Shown one piece after another: positions 34,497 to 48,359 of a DNA stretch of 64,000 nucleotides. The number at the start of each line of letters is the position of its first letter. Within the stretch, counting starts at the first letter, position 1. Below the pieces are notes generated by a model. The model was not told where the DNA came from. It did no database searches and saw only the letters and a list, made by a program, of their open reading frames with translations. The DNA lies in NCBI RefSeq assembly GCF_006345805.1, contig NC_042998.1, positions 78,244,001 to 78,308,000 of the forward strand. Reading direction: 5' to 3'. A program made the translations under genes and the position numbers. The DNA comes from Octopus sinensis. Its lineage: Eukaryota.

Positions 34497-36456
34497 ATGT
34501 ATGTATGTGTGTGTGTGTGTGTGCGCGTGCTTGTGTATCTATATACACACACACATACATATATGTGCGTGCATGCATGTATGTGTATGTGTGTGTGTCT
34601 GTGTGTGTAGTATATTTACTTATTTTAGCATTGTGCCATGTAATGAATAATCTTTTCAAAATTGATCTTTTATCATATTCAGTACACCAAAGTATGGGAA
34701 ATACTGATTCAACCACGCGAAGACCATTCCTAAAGACGTCAGATGTAAAAAGACAAACATACAAACAAACATCTAACATTTCGAATACGAACTATCATAG
34801 CAAAAACCAGTGTCGGCTTTAATTTCTATAGTATATCTGTAGAAATAACCTTAACAAAATAATGTATAAAGCACTGCTGGTGCTGTAGGACGTGGTATTG
34901 ACTTATAAAAGCATTTAATATGCTTCACAGTATATTACGTTTTCATAACGAAGTACCAGGTACCTACAAATCATTAATGGTTAATTTAATTTAATTTAAT
35001 ATCTATGTTTAATCATATATTTTATTTAAGAGACTGACACGACCAAAAGTAAAATATGCATACAAGTATGTATGGCTGGCTGGCTGGCTGGATGGATGGA
35101 TGGATGGATGAATAGATGGATGGATGGATGGATAGATGGATGGATGGATGGATGGATAGGTGGATGGATTTCGAAATGTATTTATGGCTGGTTGGATGGA
35201 TGGATTGATGGATGGATAGATCGAAGGATGATTGGATTGTTGGATGGATAGATGGATGATGGATGGATGGATGGAAGAAATACCCGTGGCTGGTATTACA
35301 GCGTGCAGTAAAACCACCGAGTATGAGGGACCCCTAGCTGTTGTGAGAGCATCTTTCTAAAGAGAGTGACATCCGCAGTTTCACGCAATTTCTGGTCATC
35401 ATGCCTCGGCTTGTTACTTGGCAGTAATCACAGCGACTCAAAGAGTGGTACTCATATCGTAAAAGTGTTTATCACTATAATCTGATGGCGTGCAGATGCC
35501 TCTTCATCGTGACTTTCATTTGTCATTCCATCGACTGAAAGTCCTATGGTAATGGAAGGGGGCGACGTTGGAAGCGTACAGCAAGTGACAACTTTCGTCT
35601 GTCACCTATTCTCCAAACATTGCAGACCTGCAATGGCTGGAAAGCTAGAAACGCCATTGAGAACGAGGAAGCACAAGTAGACGGCAATTATCTGTAAAGA
35701 TAGAGCAATCACCACATATGTATGTATGCATGTAAGAGAAGGTAACTTCGTATGAAAAAATGCATAGTGGAATATACACTGTCGACTTCCACCATATATG
35801 TATTTGTAGGATGGAACGGAATTCTTTGTGGTATGTGCTCAAAGTCTGAACTCTCTGGTTTCAAATCCCATCAGGGCTACTTTGTTTTTAATCTTTCGGA
35901 GTAGATAAGAGAGTGCATACCTTCGGTGGTTAATTGGTGGCATTTTCCCAGATTTTTCGCTTTCTCGTTTCAAATCCCGTCTTGTCATGTCTGCTTCACA
36001 CATGTTGGTAGTCTTGACTCATCTCTCCGTTTGACGCTACCATCTGCCACATTACTGGCTTTAGTGGAATACACGCTGTTGCTAGTATTCGAGTCAGATT
36101 TGCAGTTTTGAAACACCTTCCAACCCTTTCCGATGGCCTAAATTCAGACTTAGGCAATGCCCTTCTTAAATGATTAAGCGCTGAAAAGAGCATGATAGTG
36201 CCTTTAAGTCGAAGCAGACCTCATATAAATGAAAGAGTGTGTGTGTGTGTGTGTGGTGTGTGTGTGTGTGTGTGGTGTGTGTGTGTGTGTGTCTGTGTCT
36301 GTGTGTGTCTCTGTGTCTGTGTCTATGTGTGTGTGTGTGTACGCATTCATTCATTCGTTCATTTATACATACATATGAGCATGTATAGATATGCAACTAC
36401 ATGCATGATAAGACATGCATAAAACAAAACACGAATCTGCACATACATACATACAT

Positions 36457-38774
36457 GGAAAAGCATCTGGAAGAGACTTGATTGTTGGATATTGGTACAA
36501 GAAGCTAACATTCTACAGACCATATCTTATCAATCTGTACTAGCAAGTTTTCATTGGAAACTGCAGCATACCACACTGATTAGCTCTGGCAAAGACAAAA
36601 TTGATCCCCAAATGCAGAACCACTCACATAACAAAATACTACCGGTGAATTGCATGCCAGAACACATGTTTAAGATATATACAGCATGTTTAAACCTCTT
36701 CCTCCAGAACCATTGGGAAACTAATAACAATATCACAGCAGAACAAGCAGCTGGGAAGAAGTGATGTCAGAGGTGCGAGAGCATAGGAGGAACCTAGATT
36801 CAATGTGGCTAGACTACAAGAATGACTTTGGACACTTCTCCCCATTCATGGATGCCAGAAGCACTTCAATTTGCTAAAGTTCCAGTGAGAATAACCAAAG
36901 CCATAGCTGACATGACTTCATCGTGGGCCACCATTTTGAAATTAAACACAAAAAGTGACTGTATTATCACCGATAGAATGCAGTATCGCAAAATCATCTT
37001 CCAAGGAGACAGTCTCTCTGTGATGTTGTTTATACTTTCTGTAAACTCCTTGTCATTCGTGCTAAGGAAGTCTGAAGAATATCTCACAAGTTCACAAAGA
37101 AACATAAACACCAATACCAAAATTACTCACTGTTTCTTTGTGGATGACTTAAAACTTTATGCAAAGAATATGCATGAGATGAAACAGAACCTTGACCTAT
37201 TTACAACATTCTCAAAGGATGTAGGGTTGGATTTTGGTCAGGATAAATGTTATTATATGGTTGTGAAAAGGGGGGAAAACTATAAACCAGACTAGTAACA
37301 TCTCAATCAGTTAATTAACTGTTTCCCCTGTATCTAACGAGGAATGTTACAGGTATCTAGGGGTGGATGAAAATATATCTTACAATGACACCTGTAACAA
37401 AACACGCGTCACTAAGGAATATTACTGCCGAATAAAGAAAATTTGGATCTACATTCAATAAAACAGTGGCCCACAATATGTTTGCGGTACCAGTACTCAT
37501 CCCAACGTTTGGGCTGTTTGGTTGGACGCTTGATGAGATCCGAGACATTGATGTGAAAACCCGAAAAATACTAACAAGCACACATAATTTCCACATAAAC
37601 AGTGACGTAGACCCCTCTACCTAAAATGAAAACAAGGCAACAGAAGCTTAACATCAGTCCGAAATGCCTTTGCATGTGGCATCATATCCCTTCGGCAACA
37701 TATTTTAACCACCAACTGTCGAAGAGCATCCCATGACCAAGTTTGCATACATGAGGCTGATAACATTATAAGACTTGGAAGGCAGCTCCTTGAGCAACTA
37801 CTCTTTGTCTAATAACCTAGAATACGTGTCCAAAGAAGTCGTAACATATCGTCAGATGAAAGGATGAGCCTATATGAGTAGAAGACTAGACATGGGTATG
37901 TCAGTAGAAAACTCCGTGATAATAGTAACATCGATCATCAAAGCAGTTTATCATGCACCAATAGCCGGATTACTACCTCCCACTTTGAAGGGTATGCGTT
38001 TGCAATCCAGGAACAGGAAATATCAACTAAGTACCGATGCACAAACGGGATAGAGATGCAGGTAAAGCCGTAAAGTGTGACAACCGATTCAGACTTTTTT
38101 GGAGTTCACACTGAAGATATAATCCACATCATAAGCAGTTGTCCGAAAATGTCATCACGGTTTATCTAACGATGAGATATGCTGTTGTACCCAGGACACT
38201 ATATAATGAAATCTGTCGGAAGGATAATCCCGACAACAAAGAAATAAGAACCCACAATATGGTAGAAGCAACAGCCACTCATAATAAAAAGGAATATTGG
38301 TGGCAGACCTCAATAAAATGTAAGCACAAGAGACCTGGTATAATGATTTGGGACAGAGAAGAGAAACTGTGCACTGTTGTGGAATTTAGCTGCCCAGCGG
38401 ATGTTAACATAAAGCTGAAGATCAGTGAAAAAGAGAACACCAATGCTGAAATATTGAGAAACCTGCAGCTACTCTATCCAGATTACAATTTCAGGCTTAT
38501 ATCTGTAATTATTGGGGCCCTGGGATATGTAACACACTGCCTAAACACCAATCTTGAGAAATTAGGCTTCACAAAACCAGAAAGGAGAAAGCTAATTCAA
38601 GGACCACAGATCCAATCCATAACTGGAACGGTAAAAATCTGTAAAACTTTCCAGAAGTTTATCATTTAAATATATATGAGCATGTCTAGATATACAGCAA
38701 TATGCATAAAACATATAGAAATCTGCACATACATACATACATACATACATACATACATACATACATACATACAT
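36457..38774 (+). mobile_element. R4/Dong-clade non-LTR element (RT + restriction-like endonuclease), 5'-truncated, decayed, (ACAT)n tail
   Basis: FQGDSLSVMLF, FFVDDLKLY, YRYLG, KRPGIMIWDREEKLCTVVEFSCP (PD..D/ExK-like), stop 38669. Confidence 0.8.
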
Positions 38775-38896
38775 AAAAAATACTCTGTTGTTAATGTTGA
38801 AATTCCAGAGATGGAGTTTTGGATCTAGGTTAGAAACCAGTTCTTTTTCAACTGGCAAGAAATCTTGAAATAAACTAAATAATGACATACATACAT

Positions 38897-38932
<36 letters not shown>

Positions 38933-39045
38933 TGTTGTTGATGTTGAAATTCCAGTAAAGGAGCCTTGGATCCAGGTTAGAAACCGGCTCTTTTTCTATT
39001 GGGAAGACATCTTGAAATAAAACTGAATAATGACATACATACATC
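38775..39045 (+). repeat. two diverged ~120-bp units each ending in (ACAT)n
   Basis: CTGTTGTT.ATGTTGAAATTCCAG..GGATC.AGGTTAGAAACC..ATCTTGAAATAAA..AATAATGACATACATAC at ~38780 and ~38932. Confidence 0.8.
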
Positions 39046-39604
39046 GAGGCAGGCATTTATGTGTACATATCTGTATTGTGTGTGTGTGTGTGTGTGTTTG
39101 CGTGCGTGCGTGTATATGTGCGTGCATGCGCGTCGGTGTGTGTGTGTGTGTGCTGCAATGTGAATCAAATGAACCAATGAGAATGAATTTGATATATTTT
39201 AAATATACTCTGGGGAGCAAGTATATCAGGCTGGAGGCGTATTTTCAAAGCATTTAAGCTGAGATTACAGTGCTTTGTCCCATTCACATACGATAAGCTC
39301 CGTTCTTGTTTTCTATTTTGATAGACGACATCGTTTTCTTAATGGCTGCTATATGTAGATACTTTTTAATTAAACAATACTGTTATTTCCCCTTTACAAT
39401 AGCGTTCTTGAACTTAGCTTCAACTATTCTTGCGTAATATTAGTTCTCGGTTAAACTATCTATATAAGCTAGCGTTCTGTCATTTTTACCATACCGTTTG
39501 TCATAATATTGTTGATTTATTGAATTTTAGAGAAGCATTATAGTAATTTAAATCAATCACAAAGCTTCACTTGGTATTTGATTACAATCCACTCTGAAAT
39601 ATTA

Positions 39605-39800
39605 GTTTCAAATTTTGGCACAAGACCAGAAATTTCGGGGGAAGGGTAAGTCGGTTACATTGACCACAGTGTCCAACCAGTACTCATGTAATCGACTCCG
39701 AAAGGATAAAAGGCTAAGTTGACCTCGGCGAAATTTGAACTCGAAATGCGCGTAAGCATTTTGCCCGGCCTGCTAACGATTCTGCCAGCTCGCCACCTTA
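39605..39800 (-). mobile_element. family B2 SINE
   Basis: TTTCAAATTTTGGCACAAG tail to CTGCCAGCTCGCC head. Confidence 0.75.
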
Positions 39801-41714
39801 ATCCACTCCGAAATATTGACAAGTAAAGTGAACTCCGTTTATATTCAAGCCGTTGATTAAACTTCTTTGTGGTTACACCAACTGTTAGAAAAAGTTGTCA
39901 AATCTCGTTTAAATCATACTGTACCGCCTTAAATGATAATACACAAGACAATACAGCCCTACATGCGTCTAAAATGATGGTGATGGATATTAATTGATAT
40001 TAATGATAGTTTTTTTTAAAGTCAAGATTGATACTGGCCTTAAGAAAAAAAATTGCAAATAATGAGACATTAGGTAATGTACTCCTACATTATTCTAATA
40101 AGTTCAGATAGCCACGGCTTAAATGCTTAAGATCATGGGTCTGCTTAGTTAATGTTGACGTGAACCTTAAATAGGAATAACCAAACTAGTGTTATTTGAA
40201 TTAAGAATATACAAGTCAATGGTCATAATTGTGGTTTCGTACCTAGGAAGTTGATTTTGCTTTACAGCTATGCAGTTTTAGTGCATTCTATCGTAGCTTC
40301 GGATTGACCGAACCCTTGTGAATGAAATCTACAGAAGCACTTGAAGGGAACTGTTCCTGTTCTTGGTTTGTAGATATAACATGTTACTATTTGTCTTTTG
40401 GGTGTTTTTAACGATGATCACTGTACTGCAGTAATTTAAGAGGTCCCTAATCTATGGATAATTTTATCCCTTCCTGTCGCCAGGCCCTGAAAGGGTTAAT
40501 GAATGATGTCCTTGCTTCTTTAAACCACCTAAAACGGAAAAACTAAATAAAAATCTAAATACTTCTAAAATTGTCTCAGTTTAAATATAATCGAGTAGTT
40601 TAACGACTGTATCTATTTTCATTATATTACTTAAGAATTTTTTCGTCTCAGGGGATGCAAAATAAAACCAGTATCTATCTCACTGCAGTAGGAACTCATA
40701 ATATAAAATACTGTAAGTAAATAGCGTAACCTATTTGTCCTGACCTTCTACCAAGCTTTCTATATTCTGCCATTTTGAGATCTAGCATTTTGTGTGGACG
40801 ATATACTTGACTAAGTTTACCTTTGTACTGGATCAATATTTATGTTAGCGAATATTTTAATTAATATCCTAAGCTACAGTGCAATTCATTAGACACTATT
40901 TCTATAAAAAATGCATAAGTCACACATAAAAATGCATTATAGGAATCAAATACACACTAACTACAAACTAGAAAATATTTTCAAAGAATATCATTGGATA
41001 AAACACAAAATACATTAAAACATAACATAAACTGACGCTAACCATAACAAAGCCTTTAAAATTAAAATCATTCTTATCAATAATAAATCGCAAACGCATA
41101 AAATTACGATCACGGCACTGATAATCAATATGTTGTAAAATATCGTATTTTTACAAATCCAACAGTTATTTTGACCAAACAAGTACGACTTTATTCCATC
41201 AGCTCACCATACGCTTTCAAGAAGTGAACTATTTCGTACAATGAACTATAACACATAATCAAAAACGAAACTAGATGAGAAAATAACAATGGACATAACG
41301 TCTAATTCTACCACATTCCAAACAAAATATGCTCTTAAGGATAGAATTAACAGCCACAGAACAGCACAACAACTATAATATGGAGTGACATACAATATAC
41401 ATTAGTCACAGACAAAACTAATCACCTCGTTAGTGACATACCAATCTAAAGCATCAATTTCAAATTTGTATAAAAGTCATATTAAAACTTCATATTAAAA
41501 AGAGATAACAACACACCAACACTATTTCATCCTGAATATGTCATTATGAATGTCTCAAAGCGTCAACACGCAAACAATTATTGTTTAATTGGTTATTAAA
41601 TTATTTCTTTACACACTGCCTGTCTTATAAAATTCCAAATGCATACCAAATTTGGGTATAGTTATTGAATATCTAGTTTATAAGTGGAAAATATTTTGAA
41701 GTGGTGCTAGAGAT

Positions 41715-41802
41715 GAAGAAGAAGAAGAAGAAGAAGAAGAGAAGAAGAAAAGAAGAAGAAGAAGAAGAAGAGAAGAAGAAGAAGAAAGAAGAAGAAGAAG
41801 AA
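41715..41802 (+). repeat. (GAA)n microsatellite
   Basis: Direct reading. Confidence 0.95.
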
Positions 41803-43844
41803 ATTTTATAGTAAAAAAAGAAGTACAAGAGTCAAAATTGGTCATAAAAGACAAATTAAGGATAAAATTACAGAGAAACAGACGAATTTTGGGTTATTTT
41901 TTTCACAGAATTTTTGAAATCAAAAATAGTAAACTAATTTATCTGTAAGTTAACTAAAAGCTAAAATGTGTGAACTATGAGCGAGAGAATGAGAAAGACA
42001 GAGAGAGCAAATAAATAAATAAACTAGGAGAGAAACAGCACAGGTAGAAGTTATTTTCAAAATGAAAGCAAACTAAAGGCAAAAATCAATTAATATCATT
42101 AGACATATTTTTCAGCATTTTGCAAAAATGCTTTAGCTGTACAATGATTGATTAGTATTTTATAGCATGAGATTTCGTGTAAAAAGGGAAGTATTTTTCT
42201 AGTGCATGTCAAATATGAATGAAAGTGCAAGATTTTTATGAATATAAGTTTAAGAAGTGAAGATGACTAAAATATTGCAGAGTAGGTTTATGAAATTTAA
42301 TGTCTATTATATTTGATAAATAAATCTCCATCTGATTAGATAATTAAATAAGCAGATATTTTGTATAAATTGTGAGAAGTAAGCATAAATGCTTATTTTC
42401 AAAAGTTTTTTATATATAATTTATAGATTATTTTAAGATATGACTATAAGAAATTAAATTAGAAGGGGAAAAGAGAAGAAAGTAAAAATTAATATTTGCA
42501 AAGGGAACGGAGGGGATATTTAGAAATGTTATTGATAGTAATTTAAGGAAAGAAATAAGAAAAAGGGAATCGAATATTAATGATCTTTGTTAAAAATAAT
42601 GATAGGAAAATTTTGTAATAATTTTCGAAACGAAACAAATAAAAGCATTTGCATGTAAATTTAAGATTACATGATGAAAAATCTTCCTGAGAGTAACTTA
42701 AACACTACAATTCTAGCAAACTGTGGACAATTAAATAATTAAAAATAAAGGAGATATTATGTAAGATGAATCTATACTGTGTGTTTGGGGCAAAGGTGAA
42801 ATAAGTGAGCAGATTGAGAGAATGCATAGAAAAATAGACCATAAAAAAAGTTGAACGGTTAAGGATTATGAAGAATGTAAATGTTTTTAGATAACGCGGG
42901 TAAAACAGCTTAAAATATTTCTGAAAATAATTCATAAAATTTTATTCAGGTTTCATTATATCGTTTCATTAAAATCTTATGTTTTACGGTAAGAATAAGC
43001 TTTGAAATATAATCAAAGTCCAATAACTCTAAGGAGAAAAGAAGTTTTAGTTTGGTATGGTTAATTCAACTATCGTTGACCTTCTTGATTGGTTTCTAGT
43101 CACAGCACATTTTCAAGTACTATCAAAGAGTTCAAAATAAATAGCTGAAGTGGATAGAGGTTTGTCATATAATAATCAGTTTAAAAGTTTGAGTATACGT
43201 GAAGAGTCAGAACATGTAATAAAATTAGGCTAAAATCGGTTGAAGTTTACAACAAAGTATATAGTTTAAGTTAGTCATGGTAAGAAAGTGAAGTGAAAGA
43301 GTTGAAAGAATCTGTATAGAATCATAGACAAAATCAAATGGTAATCCTGAAACAGAATATTATTAGTAGGTGAATAAGAAATCGCGGAATTTTAAATAAC
43401 ATCGTATCGTTCAATATTTATAAGATTAAGTGTTGAAGGTTTAAGATTAGGTGTGTTAAACTATTCGAGTAGTTCTTACTTCGTGAACTTGTACTTATGG
43501 CGGCATTCACTCGGCCTGGGTTGAACCGGCTCCCACCAACGAATTCACCACGTCCAACAATAGTGCTGACCACATCCGACAGTCGACCACAGTCGAAGAT
43601 TACTTCTGCCTGCGGCCCAAAAGGGCGGTTGGGACTTGAGCATAAATGACATTGGGAAAGTTCATTAGAAATTCGTTCGTTCTTTTCTTTTTCTCGTCTT
43701 ACTTTTCTTTCTTCTCTATTACGCCTAAAAAATCATTTCTGTTATAAAGAATATATTTAATAACTCTACCAAAATAATATAAGATTGAAGCATTCTGCTA
43801 ATAAAACATTAATTACTAAACATGTTCATATATAAATGTATAAT

Positions 43845-44030
43845 TATTTCTTTATTGCCAACAAGGGACTAAACATAGAGGGGACAAACAAGACAGACAA
43901 AGGAATTAAGTCGATTACATCGACCCCAGTGCGTAACTGGTACTTATTTAATCGACCCTGAAAGGATGAAAAGCAAAGTCGACCTCGGCGGAATTTGAAC
44001 TCAGAACGTAGAAGCAAACGAAATACCAAA
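43845..44030 (-). mobile_element. family B SINE, 5'-truncated at GAAATACC
   Basis: Same tail and core as the 21321 and 27640 copies. Confidence 0.8.
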
Positions 44031-44279
44031 TTAATTATTGCCCACCGGGGTCCAAATATAGAAATGGACAGAACAACTGATGGGATCAGTAATGCGATAT
44101 GATTTTACATATAATGTGACTTTAAAAATTTAAATAACATATATTAAAAAAATCGAATGAAATTAACAATACAGAGACAATACAAATGAAGCGATGATTA
44201 GGCCACGCTCCGACCCCACAAGCCCCGATCTATCGCTGGTACCTGTTTTTGTTCTTTTTTTTTTTTTCATCTTATTCAC

Positions 44280-46650
44280 ATGATTCCTTGCACGCACAGC
44301 ACTCGTGTAACATGCTTCCATCTTTTTTTGAACACACTCTCCGACAGACACCTCTTCTCCAGCTACATCTTCCTTTTCAAATGAAAAGTAAAAAATGATC
44401 GAAAATCGTGGCCGGAGATAAAGTTGCCTGTCTTAATCCCTTTTATCCTAGTCTTCCATACTGCCTCTTTTGCCATTGCTACAACCGTAAGAAAACAATT
44501 CCCACCGTTTGTTAAAACTTCCAGTGGGTCCTTCGCCGGACAACAGGTGTTCAGCATAAACCCACATTTCAGATATTTCTGGACACTGGACAATAGCGTG
44601 AGGGACGGTTTCCTTGTCTCCCCCGCCATCGTCACATTTAGACTCTACTAATCCACCATATAAAATTGATGTGGAGCCTCCACTGCTGACGTTGCCCGAG
44701 CGCCGGAATAGCATGCCATTCACTTGATCTCGGTCTATGAAAACACCAGGTTTCCTGTTCGCAAAAACTTTTGAACTCGGGGAACATTTGTCTGGCCAGC
44801 GGAGACCACACACGTTCACCATCCAGGAAAATCCAGAGATGCCTCAACCTCAACGCATGCCTGCGCATCATTAACCAAGGCATCCCTAAACCTCCCTTTA
44901 ACGGCTTCTGATAACAGATAGAGCGTTTCACAAGTGGTGACTTGCCCTTCCACAAAAAGTGAAAGAGCTGCCTCTCCAACCTGATCAACCACGAATCCGG
45001 ACAGGGCACGACGGTCAAGCGGTAGGTAATGACTGATGCGATAAACACATTGGCCACCTCCGCTCTCCCTTTCAGGGATAGCCACCGCCTAGACCAGGTC
45101 TTGACTATTGTAGCCACCCTGCTCGAAACTTACGTCCAGTTCTTCTCTACCTGGAGGCTTGGTCCAAACCAGACTCCCAGCAATTTAACCGGTCCCTCCG
45201 TCCAGCGACTAACAACGCTGTCTGAAGACATCGACTTGCCAACCCAGGTGGCGAGCTGCAAGCCGACCGACTTTTCCCGGTTGATCTTTGACGAACTGAG
45301 CGTCTGATGCAGAACGGTTTCGAAAGGAAACCGTTCACCCGAACTATCGAGTCAATATTGTGATGCAGAGAGATGAACCACCTGAGGAAGCCAAGGCCTA
45401 GGCCAAACCGCGCAAGCACAGTCGCCATGTATCGATGGACTACCCTATCAAAAGCTTTAGACTGATCTAAATGCACCAATGCGCCCACCTTTGCCAGAGT
45501 TATCACCAACTCTCTCTATGGTATAGTGGAACTATTTCCTTGTCGAGCTTCCACCACTCGGGTCCATCCAGCGCCTTGATTCCTTCACTTCTCATCGCAC
45601 GTAAAGTTAGCTCTGATAATACTTCCCATGTGCTGGGTTTCAAGATACTGGTTCAACTCCAGTCTCTTTACCTTCACTTGGCCCGCATTACCAGACCTCA
45701 AGGCTTCTTCTAGTTCCTTAACTATACCATCTCTTATTCTACGTCCCTTCTTAGCTAAACGTATGCTAAATCTAATAGACTCATATTTTATGGCTCTTTT
45801 TAGGGCGTACCACCATTTATTATTAATGATGGTACCTGTCAATGCCCTCTGAATTAACTTCTTGATCTGCTTTCTGTACTCTTCAATCGCCAAAAGGGAC
45901 GCATTGAGTTTCCAGTAGCCAGATCTCTGTCTAAGTAACTTTTCTACTGTCAGCTTTCAGGTAATCATCTTGTGATCACTGTAGCTGACTAGATAAAACT
46001 GTGGACACTCAGCTATGGACTTATCTGTTTTACTAATTAAAACCCTATCTATATATGTTTTGGAAGATCTGTCACTATTTGACCACGTCCACTGTGGAGT
46101 GTTCGGATGTTCCAACCTACATGGATCTGCCAGTTGAAAGTGACTTAGCAGATCCCGAAAGCCAGGGTTACATTTTCTATTCATGGTCGAGCCAACACAA
46201 TCTGTGCGTGCGTCACAAATTAAAGTCTCCTATCAATACTAGCGAATGCGACATGGCCAGGAACTTGCCCAGGTCACGAAAATATTCACTTTGCAGACCC
46301 ATAACTTTGGGTGCATAAATTGCAACCAGCCTGATTGTCTTTCTACAACTGAAAGTCAGGTTGAGAACGACCAGCCTGCCTTCTAGATCAGAAAAAAACC
46401 CCAATCTTTTCTCGGTTACCCGTTTTCTTTTTAGTAGGAACAACACCCCGCACCCACCAACCGCCCGACTTGGAGAAACGTATTTCTCGTAGCCGTTCAG
46501 GAGGGGGAAGAGATCTCTTGGCCCCTTCACCCGGGTTTCCGTTGCAACAATTACATCCAAATTTCTTGACCTGTCATTTAGGAAGCGCCCTTGCTTCCAG
46601 TTCGACATCAGGTCCCGAACATTTATACAACCAATGTGAATAGACGTGAC
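44280..46650 (-). pseudogene. LINE ORF2 (APE-RT), frameshifted with internal deletions
   Basis: APE pieces 46213-46608 and 45957-46184; RT jumps from ..CIRRSVRQ to the ..NREKS region at ~45295, so no YADD. Confidence 0.8.
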
Positions 46651-46657
46651 TTACCTT

Positions 46658-47930
46658 TTAGATCGGGGCGTCTTGTGGAGAGGGACTCTCCACCTTTTCT
46701 TGACTTAGGGTCAAGCCTTCAAATATAGATTCATGAAAATCAAATCCCAATGATGAGATCGATTTTCTATACGTGTTAAACAAGATATTTGTTTTTGTCC
46801 AATTCGTAAAATTCATAGTTTTTATATTTGTCTGATAGTTCAATTAGCCTAGTGGCTGATTTTTTTGTTTTTATATCACGCATTAAATCCTCGTTTTTGC
46901 TGTGTAGTGCAACTATTCCTTTGTTCGTCTCCCCCTCCGCCATCCTCGGTCTGTCTCTCTTGGCTATTTATTTATTTTTTTTGTCTCGGCTCGCTCTTCT
47001 TTTGCTGGTTCGAGCCTTCCATTTTCCTTTTGTTGTTTATTTTTCCTACAGTTTCTCGCTCTCTTTTTCCTCCTCGCCGTCCGATTCTTCTTCACCTTCT
47101 TTACAATATTTTTTAATATGACCCAGTTGGCCACACTGGAAACATCGGGGTTTACGACCCTCAACAAGAATATTTAGAACTTCCTCCCCTACATCTACTA
47201 TTTCTAGGAGCTGTTCTAAAATTTTCTGCTCTGCCTGCAGTATCAGGTTGAGCGTTTGTCCAGTCCAGTATGTATTCTCTGTGACGGTAGCCTGCAGGAG
47301 GTTAATATTATCCTCCCTGTTTGCCAGGACTGCCGCCATCAGGCATATAGGGTTTACTCCGGGTGGAATTATTGGTATTCTAACCTTAGATGTTCTCATG
47401 TCCATGTAAATTGGGATTAATATTGTGTCTTCCGACTCGAATGATTTTACAGAGTATTGTTGTGCCGTTTTTAGGTTCTTGAACCTCACCACGATGGTTT
47501 CAAACTTCTTCCCTCTGGTTAGATATGTAATGTCCTGCTAGATGGGTTTTTAACATTTTTCAAATTTTTGCTCACGTATCTTGTCAATTTTTCGAGCTTT
47601 TAGGCAAAATGTCTTAAAAATAATAATTTTCCTTTTTTCCTCCGTTAATTCTTCTTCTGGTATTTCTACTTTTACTACTCCATCTCGTTCAGTTGACAGC
47701 TGTCGCGTTCCACTACCAGCTGCTGATGCAAAACTTTTTCTTTCTTCATTTTGATTGGTCTTTGCTTCTATATTTATTTTGGTACCCGTAACTTTTGATA
47801 ATGCAGGGAATTCACTTTCCGAAACATCAGAAATGTTATCACAAATTAAACTTTCAATCTTCCTCGCTTCCCGCTCGGTCGATGAATCTTCACCCGACGA
47901 AGACACACTTTTCAGCATCTTGCCGGCAAT
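46658..47930 (-). pseudogene. LINE ORF1 (gag-like zinc knuckle), frameshifted
   Basis: ORF track pieces 47550-48011, 47046-47492 and 46658-46843. Confidence 0.7.
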
Positions 47931-48074
47931 TAATGTTTTCCCCCACAGGGGAAAGCCACATATTTCCTTTCGCCGAATCGCTAAATCACGGGGACATAAG
48001 CACACCAACACCGGTTTTCAAGCGGTGGTAGAAGACAAACACAGATAAACTGCACACACACACACATATATAAA

Positions 48075-48109
<35 letters not shown>

Positions 48110-48116
<7 letters not shown>

Positions 48117-48345
48117 ACTTCGTGGTTAGGGTGTTGAATCGTAACATTATGGTTCCGATTCCTGGACCGAGCGACACATTGAGCTCTTGAGAAAAACAGT
48201 TCATTCCACGTAGCTCCAGTCCACTCATCTGGCAAAAATGAGTAATATTGCAACGGACCGGCGTCCCGTCTAGTGGGAGTGGGAATTATATATGCCATGG
48301 ACACCGGGAAAGTGGCTCTTATGAGTTTACATGACTGGGGAAGGA
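48110..48345 (+). mobile_element. tRNA-derived SINE with RTE-like tail
   Basis: GTGGTTAGGG A-box, GGTTCCGATTCC B-box, ACCGGGAAAGTGGCTCTTATGAG tail related to the 49715 copy. Confidence 0.55.
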
Positions 48346-48359
48346 GATAGTCGCCATGA

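Larger units (their letters stand above)
44140..47960 (-). mobile_element. L1/Tx1-clade LINE, near full-length but decayed
   Basis: ORF1 with CCHC knuckle (RCFQCGQLGHIKKYC); ORF2 APE (IGCINVR, ATETR, VAIYAP, LIGDFN, YIDRVLI, SDHK), RT (LDQSKAFDRV), C-terminal ETVPHAIVQCP. Confidence 0.9.
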
